The position numbers were made by a program, and so were the translations under genes. A stretch of 64,000 nt of DNA. It comes from Octopus vulgaris (Eukaryota). The stretch covers positions 139,376,001 through 139,440,000 of the forward strand of contig OX597817.1 in assembly GCA_951406725.2 (NCBI GenBank). Direction: 5' to 3'. Below the pieces are notes generated by a model that was not told the DNA's origin, searched no databases, and worked only from the letters and a program-made list of their open reading frames with translations. Positions within the stretch are counted from its first letter, which is position 1. Each line of letters starts with the position of its first letter. Shown here piece by piece: positions 50,843-63,244 of this stretch.

Positions 50843-51225
50843 GTGAGTTGAAAGGAATTTTTGTTTCATAGTCAACACTGTTTTACATATTATGTGTGTA
50901 TGTATGTATGTATGTATGTGTATATGCCTGTATGTACATATGTATGTATGTGTATATGTATGTATGCATGTATGTATTTATATATGTATGTCTGTATGTA
51001 TCTTTTATCTTTTACTTGTTTCAGTCATTTGATTATGGCCATGCTGGGGCACCACTTTGAAAGATTTTAGTTGAACGAACCATTCCCTGGCCCTTTTTTG
51101 GGGGGTGGGGGGCTACTACTTTCTCAATAAGTTTCTTTTGCTGAACCACTAGGTTACAGGGATGTAAACACACCAACACCAGTTGTCAAGTGGTTGTGGA
51201 GGACAAAGACAGACACACACATATA

Positions 51226-52081
51226 CAGAGTGTCCCAAAAGTCACTATACACTTTCTCTTTCGTTTCGAGTATCATTCGGAGAGACATGAAGACATCAGC
51301 ATTTGACACCTTAGACTTTGTAGTTTTTCTAAGTGTACCATTCCTAGGCCCATGGCATACTATACCACCAGCTTCGGAGAGTCTTGTTCATGTTTGAGAA
51401 TTTCCGCTGCTTTTGATTTTACCCAAATTCAACATTTGTGTTTGTTTATCTGTCCAGAGAGGTGAAAGATAGACTCATCGCTGAACCCATATGTTTTCTA
51501 AGAACTGGGAGTCGTTTTGGAGAAGTGACTCACACGTTTCCACACCACAAGCATTATAATGTTCCGCTTGAAGCCTTTGAACAACCTGAAGTCGGTACAG
51601 GTAGAGCTTTATCACTCTCCACAGTATCTGCTGAATTGAGCTTTTGTTGATGCTCAGTTCCAGTGTAGCCCTCTGGATGGACTTCCTCTGGCTTTTCATG
51701 AATGCCTGCTCCAGGAGTTCGGTGTTTTCATCAATGTTGGTAGCAGCAGACCTTCCGCTGCATGGTTTGTCAAGAACAGATTCTCTTTCAAGAAACTTGC
51801 TATGGACAGCATAAATTATGCTACGCGTTGGAGCAGTGTGACGGCCATAAATCTTTTCAAACTTATGATGAACTGCAGTAGGGGACTGAAAATCTTCTTG
51901 CCAGGCAGCAATTTTGCAACACTGCTTTAACGTCAATTGGCAAGCCATGGGCAACGGAATGGTATACTTACAAAAACTGCAAAGTCTAAGGTGTCAAATG
52001 CTGATAACCTCACGTCTTTCCAAATGATACCCTAAACGAAATAGAGAAAAGAAAGTGTATAGTGACTTTTGGAACACCCTG
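51226..52081 (-). mobile_element. Internally deleted Tc1/mariner element with ~130-bp TIRs (DUF4817-type HTH; rosa/DD41D-like)
   Basis: TA|CAGAGTGTCCCAAAAGTCACTATACAC... and ...GTGTATAGTGACTTTTGGAACACCCTG|TA. ORF 51475-51954 has the HTH region (APTRSII..KFLE..SVLDKPCSGR) but lacks the catalytic domain. Confidence 0.88.
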
Positions 52082-52435
52082 TATATGTATACATATATAT
52101 ATATATATATATAATAGTTTGAGGGAATATTATTCCTAACTTACAGGGAAAAATTCAATTTAGAAATACTAAATCAAATTTCACAAAATATAATATATAA
52201 TTAGAAAAAAATACCTTTTATCAATTCAAAATGAAAAATTAAATTACACCATCTAGAAAATTACATATAATAGTTATTCTACCAAATATATACGTTTTAT
52301 TTATTATTTTGTACATTACTTAATCATTGGTTTAATATTTTTATCTTATATTTAATATTTCTATTATATGTAATTTTCTAGATGGTGTAATTTAGTTTTT
52401 CATTTTGAACTAATAAAAGGTGTTTTTTTCTAATT

Positions 52436-52466
<31 letters not shown>

Positions 52467-53658
52467 GGCTTTTTCTGTTGGTCAGCCGAAGGCTATAGAA
52501 GAAGACACTTGCCTAAGGTTCCATGCAGTGGAACTGAACCTGGAACCTTGTGGTTGGGAAGCAAGCTCCTTATCACACAGCCATGCCTGTATGTGTGTGT
52601 GTGTGTGTGTGTGTGTGCATGCATGTATGTATGAATGAATGAGTGATAAATGAAGACGAATAGTCATTTGTTCAATTCATGCTATGTATGTTTCAATAGC
52701 TGTTCTTTATTTGCACATGATAGTATTACAAAATATGATCTAATATTTCATAATTTTCATTACTTAATATACTTTATTACCAACCATCTCTTCAGGCATC
52801 ATAACCTGAAGAGATGCTGTTGTTAGGACATGGACCTTGTTGGGAAGTGTTTCTGTTGTTTTTTAATAATGTATATCAGAGGATTAATTATAATGTGTCT
52901 ACTAAAATCATCATCATCATCATACATCTGTTTTCCATGCTGGTATGGATTGGAATGTTTGAGAGGAGCTGGCATGGCCAGAGAGCTGCACCCAGGCTCC
53001 AATTATCTGTTATGGCTTGGCTTCTGTGGCTGGATGCCTTTCCTAAAGCCAACCATTTCACAGAGTGTGCCAGGTGCATTTTATGTGGTAGCAGCACCCA
53101 TCATTGAGAATCTTGAATTAGTTATAAATTCAGTTTTAGTTTCTTTATGAAAATTTCTCCATCAGATTTATCTGTTTAGTTGGTGAGAATGTATTTTGTG
53201 TGTATAACATATGACAGTGAGGAAATGAATATGGTTGATGGTGTAAGAAGGAATTGAGGTATTGAAGAATTGAGGAACTGAAGAATTGTTCTTTTTTTCT
53301 TCTTTTTTTTTTCCATGTTTTGAGTTTTTGCAAAAGCTGGTCAATGGAAGGAGTTTATGAAGTTTATTCAAACAGAATCATTTTTACTTTTTCAGAAAAT
53401 GTGAATAAGATTAAGTATTAGTTATTGATGATAAATCTAAAATTCTGCTTCATTTTGGCTCAAATTGTGTAGGGCAAAGTTTGGAAATGTAAGAGATATT
53501 CAAATAGAATATCCTTTACATTTTTTTTTCTCTATTTCTTTTCTTTTTTTGCCTCTTCCTTAGCCAATTCCAGCCACCTGGTTAATGAAGTGTCATAATA
53601 TCTTGTAAATATGGATTGTCTGTTGTTTCTTGTACATCAAATCAAACATTCCTTACAG

Positions 53659-53810
53659 GCCAATTTGGCTCATTGGAATGGTCGGCCACTGAAAAACGGT
53701 TGGTTTACATTGCGGAGAAAAAACTGCCCAAAGCAACATCCTACTTTGATGCTAAGAACACTTCCAGAACTCCTGATGATGAGACCAAACCAAGTGAAAC
53801 AAAAGCTAGG
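53659..53810 (+). CDS. APEH: APEH exon 5 (GQFGSLEWSATEKRLVYIAEKKLPKATSYFD...KAR)
   Basis: Acceptor CCTTACAG, donor AGG|GTGAGT, 152 nt. Matches FGCLSWS...LYVAEKKRPKAESFF. Confidence 0.96.
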
Positions 53811-55362
53811 GTGAGTAACAATTATCACATTGATGGTGGTGGTGGTGGTGGTGGTGGTGGTGGCAGCGGCGGCGGCAGTTACAATATAAGTTTTTTAGAT
53901 GTGGGCTGATCGGATGTGAGCAAGTTGTGTGATATAAGTAGACTTGGTGTAATACTTCAGTGAGTTACGTGTAATAATTCTTATTCTATCCACACCCTTA
54001 TCCCTTCTACCCTAGTGGCCCCTAATTCCCTACCTCACCTTATATTATTCTAGTTATGTTAACTCTAATTGATTCAGTTACATGCAATGATGTTATTACT
54101 TGTCTAACCTATTTCTTAGATTTTTTTTTAAGAATAAACCATTCAGAATTTTTGTCCTCATGTTTTTTTGTTTTTCAGAAATATTAACATAAAATAGAAT
54201 TTGGTGTAAAATGTCTTCAAATGAGAATTATGAATAATTTACAAGAACCACCTTCTGGCTTTTAAAAAAATGTTTCTTTCCACTGGAGGTGGGTGGGGGT
54301 TTCATATAGCTGAGCAATATCAATAACAGAAAAGGTGGTGCCATTGCAGACATAAAGAGTAAGAAAGGTCAAGAACCTCTCCAGTTCCAGATTTCTGACC
54401 CACAAAGATCAGGTTGTAACTCAAACAATGAAGCTGTCCACGACCCAAAAAAGGGACAGAGCTTCATAAACAATTGCCTCGGAATCTTTTGCAGTCACTA
54501 ACCAGACAAGATCATCACAACACAAGCCATTACCATCTTCTCTTTCTTTCTTGCTGAACAAGAGAAGAAAATGAGGAAGGATTTGGCAGACACAAGAATG
54601 TAACAAGTGTTAGCAGACTGCTCTTTACATGGAATCTCTCAAGGAAAACAGAGAAGAAATCAGTCAAAAGCAATCCAACAGAGTCCTATAGTTGGATGCC
54701 AAATGGGTGGGATAATTAGGCAGGAGTTTAGTTCTGAACAGGAAAGGATAATACAGAAGCACACAAATATTCTTCAGCCATTTTATAAACTCAAAGTTTC
54801 AAAGTCAGAGGCTCATAAGGCCAGTTTTCTGGATTCTGTGGTACATATATCCCTCTCCTGGATGGGATCTAGTCCATTGCTGTAATACTCTGGAGCAACA
54901 CGAAATGAAGTGTTTTGCTCAAGGACACAATGCATTGCCTGGTCCAGGAACTGAAACCACAATCTTAAGATCATAAATGCAACACCCTAACCACTTAGCC
55001 ATGTGCCTCCACATTATATAAACACACTTTATATGTATAGAAGATATAAACAGTTAAATATAATAGAGGTATGGAAATACATATTTGTTTGGTGATTCTT
55101 GTCCTTAAATACAACCTCTTAATGAACTCATATGGTCAGTTAAACCTTTTGAAAGCAATGTCTCAGTAAAATTGCAGTTCAGTGATTGAATTTAAGATTG
55201 TCATTTATTTGAATTGTCCAAATTCAGTTTTGTTAAAACATTAAACCAATAAAACGCTAACCCAATCAATACATCAGGTTTTTCTTCATTTTATTCAGTT
55301 CATTTTTAGATGAACATAAAACAACCATAAAGATTTACAAAATAATCAACTTACAATTTCAG

Positions 55363-55506
55363 GGTGACCAGCATGTTTTACATGAAGACTGGGGAGAAAT
55401 GTTGGTTGGAAAACACCATCCAATTGTTGCCATCTTAGATTTAGAAGGTTCAACTCCTGAAATCAGTTTGTTGGACTGTGTTTCAGACGATGTGTCCCTT
55501 GGGCAG
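55363..55506 (+). CDS. APEH: APEH exon 6 (GDQHVLHEDWGEMLVGKHHPIVAILDLE...DDVSLGQ)
   Basis: Acceptor AATTTCAG, donor CAG|GTAAGA, 144 nt. Matches GDQFVFYEDWGE...VSPGQ. Confidence 0.96.
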
Positions 55507-56710
55507 GTAAGAAACTTTCACCCATTAATTTTTGAGTTTTTTTCTTTGAGATATTTCCATCAACATTTGCTTTCCATTCCTTTATCATATTTAAACATTT
55601 TTCAATCAGTTATGATTAAAAAGTTCAATAAAACAGTAGATATCTCTGTCTGATTGATAAGCTGTCTTTCGATTTGCAGACATAGCTTGCTATGACACTA
55701 TCAAAGACTTTCTGAGAGAATTCCTTCTCTAAATCAACACCTGTAATAATGGTATTTACAAAGTTTGACAGCTTTTTTTTGTAAATAAAAAGTGGGAATA
55801 GTTGTAAGAGTTGGGGCAAGTTGGAGATTCTTCCCCCCCCCCCCAGCAGACTTCATACAACAGTCTCTTGTTTCTTTTATGAATTCCATGTCTTATGATG
55901 AGACAGATCATGTTATTGTTTAGCTCTAGGTCAATGGCCAATGGTGTTTCATCCATACCACATTTTCTAGGCATAGTATATCAAAGAATGTATTATCCCA
56001 AAATGTCCCTCTTCTTTAAGATGATAGGGTGTGAATAAGTAAAGATTTGGTAAATAATTCCAGCAGATCAAGCCATGGTGTCGAGCAAGGGTCAGCAATC
56101 TTCTTATACCATTTGACTCCTTCATAGAATTGTTGATATAACCATATATAATTTCTAAAATAAAATTTAAAAATACAATAAACAAAAATTTCTTGATTTA
56201 AAATCAACAATTCCTTCATTCTTTTGCATCGTTACCACTTTTTAATAAGAAATATTTAAAGAAATTTAGCAAAGATATTTAAGGGAATTCAAACTTATTA
56301 AGGATGTGATTGGAATGTTTTATGTGAAATCTGTATTTGGTGAATATGAGTTGATATTGCATTATGACTTTCCCGAGACACAACAAAATTGCATTAATGT
56401 TTGGCTGGAAAGTAGGGAATTTTAGCTTTAAATTAACCACACTCCTCCAGCTTCAGTCTGTTAATAATTCAGCACCCTTAATGCTCAAAATCATTTCAGG
56501 GATTTATGGACCGCTTGAATGTTACATAAACCTCCAGGGGTCAGTGTTGACCATTTTGCCAACTCCTGGTGTAGAAGTTTTCTTGTATTTTCTGGTTTTA
56601 GAAAAAGACAAACAAAATGACCAAAGAAAACTGTAATTGTTTTGTCATTATGGGAAATGTCAAGAATTGAATGTGTCTAATTTTTCTTGTGTTTTTTTGT
56701 AATTTTGTAG

Positions 56711-56802
56711 GTAAGATGGGCTCCTGATGAGACTGGTCTGGTGATGGTTGGTTGGTCACATGAACCCTGGAGGCTGGGCCTTACATATTGTCCCATTAGA
56801 AA
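56711..56802 (+). CDS. APEH: APEH exon 7 (VRWAPDETGLVMVGWSHEPWRLGLTYCPIR)
   Basis: Long T-rich acceptor ...TTTTGTAG, donor AA|GTGAGT, 92 nt. Matches FWAPGD.GVVFVGWWHEPFRLG..FC..R. Confidence 0.96.
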
Positions 56803-59800
56803 GTGAGTTTATTCCTCTTGAAATAGTTTCCTTATTGCAAAGAAAATAAATAAAACAAAAAATAAAGCGAAAGCAACAAATAAGCTTTGAATCTTTCATA
56901 TTCCTTGACCAAGGGAAAATATATAACGGCAAATACCTAACATTGCTTTGCTCCATAAATAATTTTAACAAATATTTCATAGCATGAATCATTATTAAGT
57001 TAAACTACTCGTATCAGTTGTTAGCTGTCAAGACACTGCATCCTTCAAAAGTTCTATATTTTCTGAAATCCAGCGACACTACTCCTGATGTACTCATCCA
57101 CCCTTTCCTCTTCATGATTCTCTTTATGTTTACTTTGCTGTCCGTTTGTGTTTTATTCTGTGAACTGTCCATCTACTCCTTAGTCATCATTGCTGTCTTG
57201 CTTTGCTTCACTTGAATAAACCTCTTTCTGTCTCCTCTTTTAAACTTTTCCCCAGCAAGTTACTTACTTCAACACTGATCTTCTATTTAATGCCTGAAGA
57301 CATTCTTCACTTGGGGTAAACACTTGTATGCTAAGAGTGATGCTGCACTTCTTCTCTGAATGCAGGAGTCAATGTTTCATCCGACAGTGATACAGTTCTA
57401 CAGGTGTTCAGCACCTTTTATCAGAGCTGCCTGGAGCCACCCACTAAGATAATAAATAAAAATAAATATACCCTTTTAAAGCCTAGCCAGGCTCATGGGC
57501 CCTGTTTCCTGGTTTCAATGGCGTTTGTGTTCCCAAGCTGGTCGGGATGCCAGTCCATCGCAGCGTTACTCATTTTTGCCAGCTGAGTGGACTGGAGCAA
57601 CATGAAATGAAGTGTTTTGCTCAAGAACACAATGCGTCGCCTGGTCCAGGAATCAAAACCACAATCTTAGGATCATGATACGCCTCCACACCCACTAAGA
57701 TAGGTGATACAAAATTCTCACATGAGCTTTGTTGACTCTGGGCCAGATGTTTCTACCATCCTCAATGCTGGATCTTGTTGTACCACTTGTCATTTCTCTT
57801 GCAACTTTCCGGCAGTATCTTTTCTCTCCTTTGCAGCTAGTCCAAGACTCCTGCACCATTGTGTGAACTCTGGCTCCAGCAAATACTGTGACCCCTAATC
57901 TCTACAGGAAGGCATATTGTCTCCCACCCATTGCTTTCATAGTGTTCAACCAACTCACTGTATTTTCAGTCTTTCCTAAGGAAAGCATCTTTGATGTTGA
58001 CTTCCCATCATTACTACCTTCCTGACAAGGTCAGTTCTTTCGGTGATACTTACTGTCAAGCTCAACAGAAACCTCCCATTTTGGCACAAACGTTAGCACG
58101 CCAGGCGAAATTCTTGGCAGTATTTTGTTTGCCCTTATGTTCTGAGTTCAAATTCCGCCAAGGTCGACTTTGCCTTTCGGGGTCAATAAATTAAGTACCA
58201 GTTACGCCCTGGGGTCGAAGTAATCGACTTAATCCGTTTGTCTGTCCTTATTTGTCCCCTCTATGTTTACCCCCTTGTGGGCAATAAAGAAATAAGAAAC
58301 CTCCCATTTTGGATCATTCTTCCGACACCATTCACCTTCCCTACAAAACTTTATCTTCCTATTCACCACCACTTGTGTTCTTTCATTGTTATTAATTCGT
58401 TCCCATTGCATCAACCTGAACTCTAAGCTCCACATTATGTATCTGTGTTCCATGTCTAATGGGCAATCATCATTCTGACCTTCCCACATTCACAATGGTC
58501 ACCTGCCATTATTTTCCAAATTTTAAGTTTGCAGCACTAGGAAGCATGTTATAGACAGAATGAATCAGAAAACTGATTCAGACTCGTTCCCTTGACCAAA
58601 GTTCTTTCCATCTTATTTTTCACCCAAACACAAACTCCTCCCAAGCAGCACTCTGTCCTTGTTTGGGACAAAATACCAAAAATTTCATTATTAATGCTGC
58701 TCTCTTCATTTCATTTGAGTTTGAGTCACAATATTTTCAATTAATTCTATGTTAGACATAAACATATTTTAAGATATTTTATTCCCCTGCCTTCACTTAG
58801 GAGTAGAATGGAAATAGTTTGTCTCATTATTCAAACTGACTGCTTTAAGGGATTGGGCTTCATGTTTCTTTATTTACACGGTGAAACAGTAAATCTCTTG
58901 AACTGACAAGAAACTTTTGTAGCTATGTGGCCCCTTTACAGCAAGAAACCTGTCCAGCTCTGATGCCTTCTCTCATATTTTAGTCTATTATGGGCATGGC
59001 TGTATGGTTAGGGAGCTTGCTTCCTAGCTACATGGTTTCGGGTTCAGTCCCACTGTGTGGCACTTTGGGTAGGTGTCTTCCACTATAGCCCCAAGCCGAC
59101 CGGAGCTTTGTGATTGAATTCGGTAGGTGGAAGTTACTGCCGTGTGTGTATGTGTGCGTATAGCTGCTCAGTGCCTCTCCGAAAGAGAGAGAGGGAATAA
59201 AGTCATCTGTCATGGGGTTCGCAATCTTGCAAGCTGCATGGCAACCCTACTAGTAATGGTGGCACAAAAAAAAAAAAACAGTACCAAGTACATACTTTGG
59301 TGCTTCGTTGTGACACAGGCACAAGTGAGGTTGCCAATTCATTTGCATGACAAAAAAAATCCTTCTTAAATTAGTGGGGTGAGAGTGGGTATAGTAGAGG
59401 GGAAATGACCTTATATCAAAATTTAGAGGTTAAAGTATGAGGGACAGGAACAGGTGTTTTATTATAGAGGTATGTGACTACCTTGCATATTCATTACGTT
59501 TTATCTGTTAACTGTTTTAAATTTATAGAGTGTTGGGGTGTCAGGGCAAACCTCATAAAATAAAAACAAAATGTCAAATGAATCTCATAAGGATTTCAGC
59601 AAGGAACATTCAGTTGTTCAATGAATGGAACTCCTCGTAATTTACTAAGTATTGCACAGATACTCCTATTTCTATCAATTGACTGAGTATATTTTGAATG
59701 CTAGACTCAAACAGTCTGTCATCTTATTAAATCTTATCTTTCTGTTGGAAATTATGTAAATATTTAGCCATTGAAAAATTTAAAAGAAACTAAATCGATC

Positions 59801-60954
59801 AAAAATCTATGGAAATTGTAGTTGTGATACCAGTGCCGGTGGCACGTAAAAGAACCATCCGAACGTGGCTGTTGCCAGCGCCACCTCGACCGGCCTCAGT
59901 GCCGGTGGCACGTAAAAAGCACCAACCGATCGTTGCCATTACCAGCCTTGCCTGGCACGTAAAAAGCACCCACTACACTCATGGAGTGGTTGGCATTAGG
60001 AAGGGCATCCAGCTGTAGAAACACTGCTTGATCAGACTGCGCATGGTGCAGCCTCGTGGCTTCCCAGACCCCAGTTGAACCGTCCAACCCATGCTAGCAT
60101 GGAAAGTGGACGTTAAACGATGATGATGATAAATCAAAGTACTCCAAGTAGATAAAAGTACAATTTTAGCAAGTGTACTTTTAAAAGTACAATTTGTTTA
60201 TTGTGAAATGGCAGTGAAAGATAGAAATAGTTTCCTGTCGCTTTGCTTTGATTCATGGCATAAATATATTCCTTGCTCTCAGATTACTTTTAATTATACA
60301 TTCTGATATGGTCTGGGTTGTTTGGCATTGATAAATGGCTTTATTAAATGGAACCTGTTGAATGGTTCTGCCATAAGTTACTCAAGCAAACCTTTTCTAG
60401 TCCATTGCTTTATATCTGTTCAAGTAGTTGCTTTGATCAATTTACTGTAAAGTCACTTGTTTCGTGCTTCACTGGTTATCAGTAGGGAGGCCATCCATTC
60501 ATCTGGAAACACCCGATTCATTGCTGAATCATTCTGCTTGAATTAACAGAGAAAAAAATCATTGTAAAGCTATTTAAAGAAATTATTCACTAATCAACAG
60601 AGATTGCCATCAGAGTTGAGAGGAGAACAACAATAGTTAATAAAGGAGAGGAAAAAAAACTGTTCCAAAGGAATGTGTGTGTGTAAACTAGCCTATAACT
60701 TGATGATAATAAAATATTATTGCCATACAGATAAACAGGAAGGTTTTGTTTAGTTATTTCATAGTATATAATTAAATGATATTATATGGATATATTTTCA
60801 AGTATATAATTAGGCATAATCTATAGTTATATTATTAAGTGTATACGATACATTCAAGTAAGTAAATAGAATCTACATCATATAGATAGATTATTAATTG
60901 AATATATTATTAGATATAAAGTATATTGTTGTGTATGATATACATTTAATCTGT

Positions 60955-60995
60955 ACTAGCACTATGACCCGGCAACGCTAGGTCATAGTGCTAGT
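60955..60995. repeat. 41-bp palindrome resembling a doubled Helitron 3' end
   Basis: ACTAGCACTATGACC-CGGCAACGCTA-GGTCATAGTGCTAGT, perfect 15-bp arms. Confidence 0.8.
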
Positions 60996-61085
60996 GCATG
61001 CATATACAGCTGAAATAGCGAAAGAACTGTTTAAATAGTTTCTTTATTCATAATCTGATTATTTCTCTTTCATTTTTATTCTCAG

Positions 61086-61129
61086 GAGTCAGCTGTATTT
61101 TGCTCAAACATCAGGGGAAGATGTTAAAT
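61086..61129 (+). CDS. APEH: APEH exon 8, 44 nt (KSQLYFAQTSGEDVK)
   Basis: Acceptor TTTTATTCTCAG, donor T|GTAAGT. Phases 2 and 1 bridge exons 7 and 9 exactly. Similar to RSALYY. Confidence 0.9.
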
Positions 61130-61194
61130 GTAAGTATATATACATGTTGGCTATATATGTATGTATGCGTGTGCGTACAACTATATGTCTAGGC

Positions 61195-61229
<35 letters not shown>

Positions 61230-62097
61230 ACTTATAACCAGTTTTTAACTCTGTGTGTAGATTCTATGTATATATAATCATGTGTGTATACTAAATGTAT
61301 ATATATAACTATGAGGTCAGGTTCAACCTTTCATCTCTGCAGGGTCATAGGTCGAAACTGATGTTGATGACTGTAGCAGCAACATACAAGTGTTCAGAAA
61401 AAAATCTTGCTGAATTTTAGTCCAAGAAACAAACTTTCTGAGACACCAGCACCCTGTCAATTTATTTATTTTTATAGCGTTTGGGTTTAATTTTAGTTCT
61501 AAGAGATAGTGTAACCATGAAATGACTATTTCCATAGACAACTAGAACAATAAGGGGTTTATGTGTCTCTGAAGAGCATGTAAAGAGGACCATGCTTCCA
61601 CCCATGTTTGCTATTCCCTGCATTCACCTCTCTTCCTATCTCTATCCAGCTGACACTTTCCTTTGATATTCTCACAAACTTATCTACCCACTTACTTTGT
61701 CCAGTCTTGTTACAAGTCTCTCTCTTTTATATCCACCCTGACATGTCATCAAACACCATTTCTGCTCTTTTTCCAACCGAGGTAGCCATGTATCTCTTCC
61801 AAAGCAAGACACCAGATCTTGTCCCTCTACAATACTTGAACCTCTCACCATCTGGCATAAACCTTTGGTTTCTCTGAGTTCCAAGATGTGCCTAATACAC
61901 TCTGTAAAATGGTTGGTGTTAAAAAGATCAACAATGCCAAAGCAAATATTGGAACTCACTGCAGTTTCTCTTGAACTGTTCAACCTATGCCAGCATAGAA
62001 GCCAGATGTTAAACGATGCTCGGGGTAGCAATAGTGACAACAGAAGCGATGACAATTACACGGATGGATGGATTTATATATATATATATATATATTT

Positions 62098-62922
62098 CAT
62101 CATCATCATCATCATTGTTTAATGCCTGCTTTCCATGCTAGTATGGGTTGGATGGTTTGACTGAGGACTGGCAAGCCAGAAGGCTGCACCAGGCTCCAAT
62201 CTGATCTGGCAAAGTTTCTACAGCTGGATGCCCTTCTTAATGCCAACCATTCTGGGTGTGCAGTGGGTGCTTTTTACATGCCACCAGCACGGGAGCCAGT
62301 CAAGCAGCACTGACATTGACCATATTCAGATAGTGTTTTTTACATGCCACTGTCACGGGGAGCCAGTCAGTTAGTACTGGCATCGACCCACGCTTGAATG
62401 GTGCTTAGTACGTGCCACCAGCATGGTTCCAGTCAAGTGGCACTGGCATCAGCCACAACTACAATTTCCATTTTAATTTTGATTTAATTTGGATTTTACT
62501 TAACTCAATAGGTCTTCTCAGGTGCAACATATCGCCTGGTGATTCAATGGTACTTTTAAATGGTCTACTTATCTGACACTTGTATAGGCTACGACTGTGA
62601 TCTCACTTTACTTGCTGGGTCTTCTCAATCACAGCATATCTCCAAAGGTCTTTTGTCATTGCCTCTGTGAGGCCCAACATTCGAAGGTCATGCTTCAACA
62701 CCTCATCCCATGTCTTCCTGGGTCTCCCGCTTCCATGGGTTCCTTCCACTGTTAGGGTGTGATACTTCTTCGTACAGCTCTCCTCATCCATATGCAGCAC
62801 ATGACCATTCTAGTGCAGTCGTCTCTTGCACACCCCATCTGATGCTTCTTATGTCCAACATTTCTTTCAGGGCGCTTACATTCTGTTGTGTGTGTACACT
62901 GACATTACACATCCAGCAGATC
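62098..62922 (-). mobile_element. 5'-truncated RTE LINE
   Basis: HVLHMDEESCTKK..GSGRPRKTWDEVLKHDL..WRYAV plus 3' UTR and (GAT)n tail. Confidence 0.9.
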
Positions 62923-63125
62923 ATAATATATACATACGCATACACACACACACACACATTTCTGTCAGAGAACCAGAAATCCCACTGTATCTCTGTAGTG
63001 ATTGTAGTTGTTATTTCTATGGTGTTGCTATAGTAACGGCAGCGTTAAGTCGTACTTTAGCCATATTTCATGCCCCAGCTGTTGTCTAATGGAATGTTCT
63101 TTAAATCTCTTTTAATCCTTTCTAG

Positions 63126-63244
63126 GTTTTGGGGATGAAGACAAAGCTGTTCGGTCCCCATCTTTCAGCCCTGATGGAAAAAAGATAGTCTACATGGATA
63201 ATCCTGCATCTGGGCCTCACTACCAATGTAGCAGACTACTGATG
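63126..63244 (+). CDS. APEH: APEH exon 9 (CFGDEDKAVRSPSFSPDGKKIVYMDNPASGPHYQCSRLLM)
   Basis: Acceptor CCTTTCTAG. Matches AVSSPRLSPD..IVYL...PHHQCSQLCL. 3' boundary placed at the GC donor ATG|GCAAGT; the alternative is a weak GT at 63249. Confidence 0.92.

Larger units (their letters stand above)
2684..63244 (+). other. APEH: APEH-like gene (acylpeptide hydrolase, S9C), exons 1-9; gene continues past the window end
   Basis: Nine exons join in one frame with intron phases 0,2,0,1,0,0,2,1,0. The translation is collinear with vertebrate APEH as I recall it: TQRDLER, ESPSG, WEK..HG.IYE, FGSLEWS..YIAEKK.PKA, EDWGE, WAP..GW.HEP.RLG, SP.FSPD..H.QCS.L. Confidence 0.93.

Noticed and set aside
52785-52816. 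12-bp hairpin CATCTCTTCAGG / CCTGAAGAGATG containing CTGAAGA
   Set aside because: No downstream GAAA core; too short to interpret.
53811-53909. Poly-Gly extension of the exon 5 ORF
   Set aside because: Intronic (GGT)n after a strong GTGAGT donor; APEH similarity resumes in exon 6.
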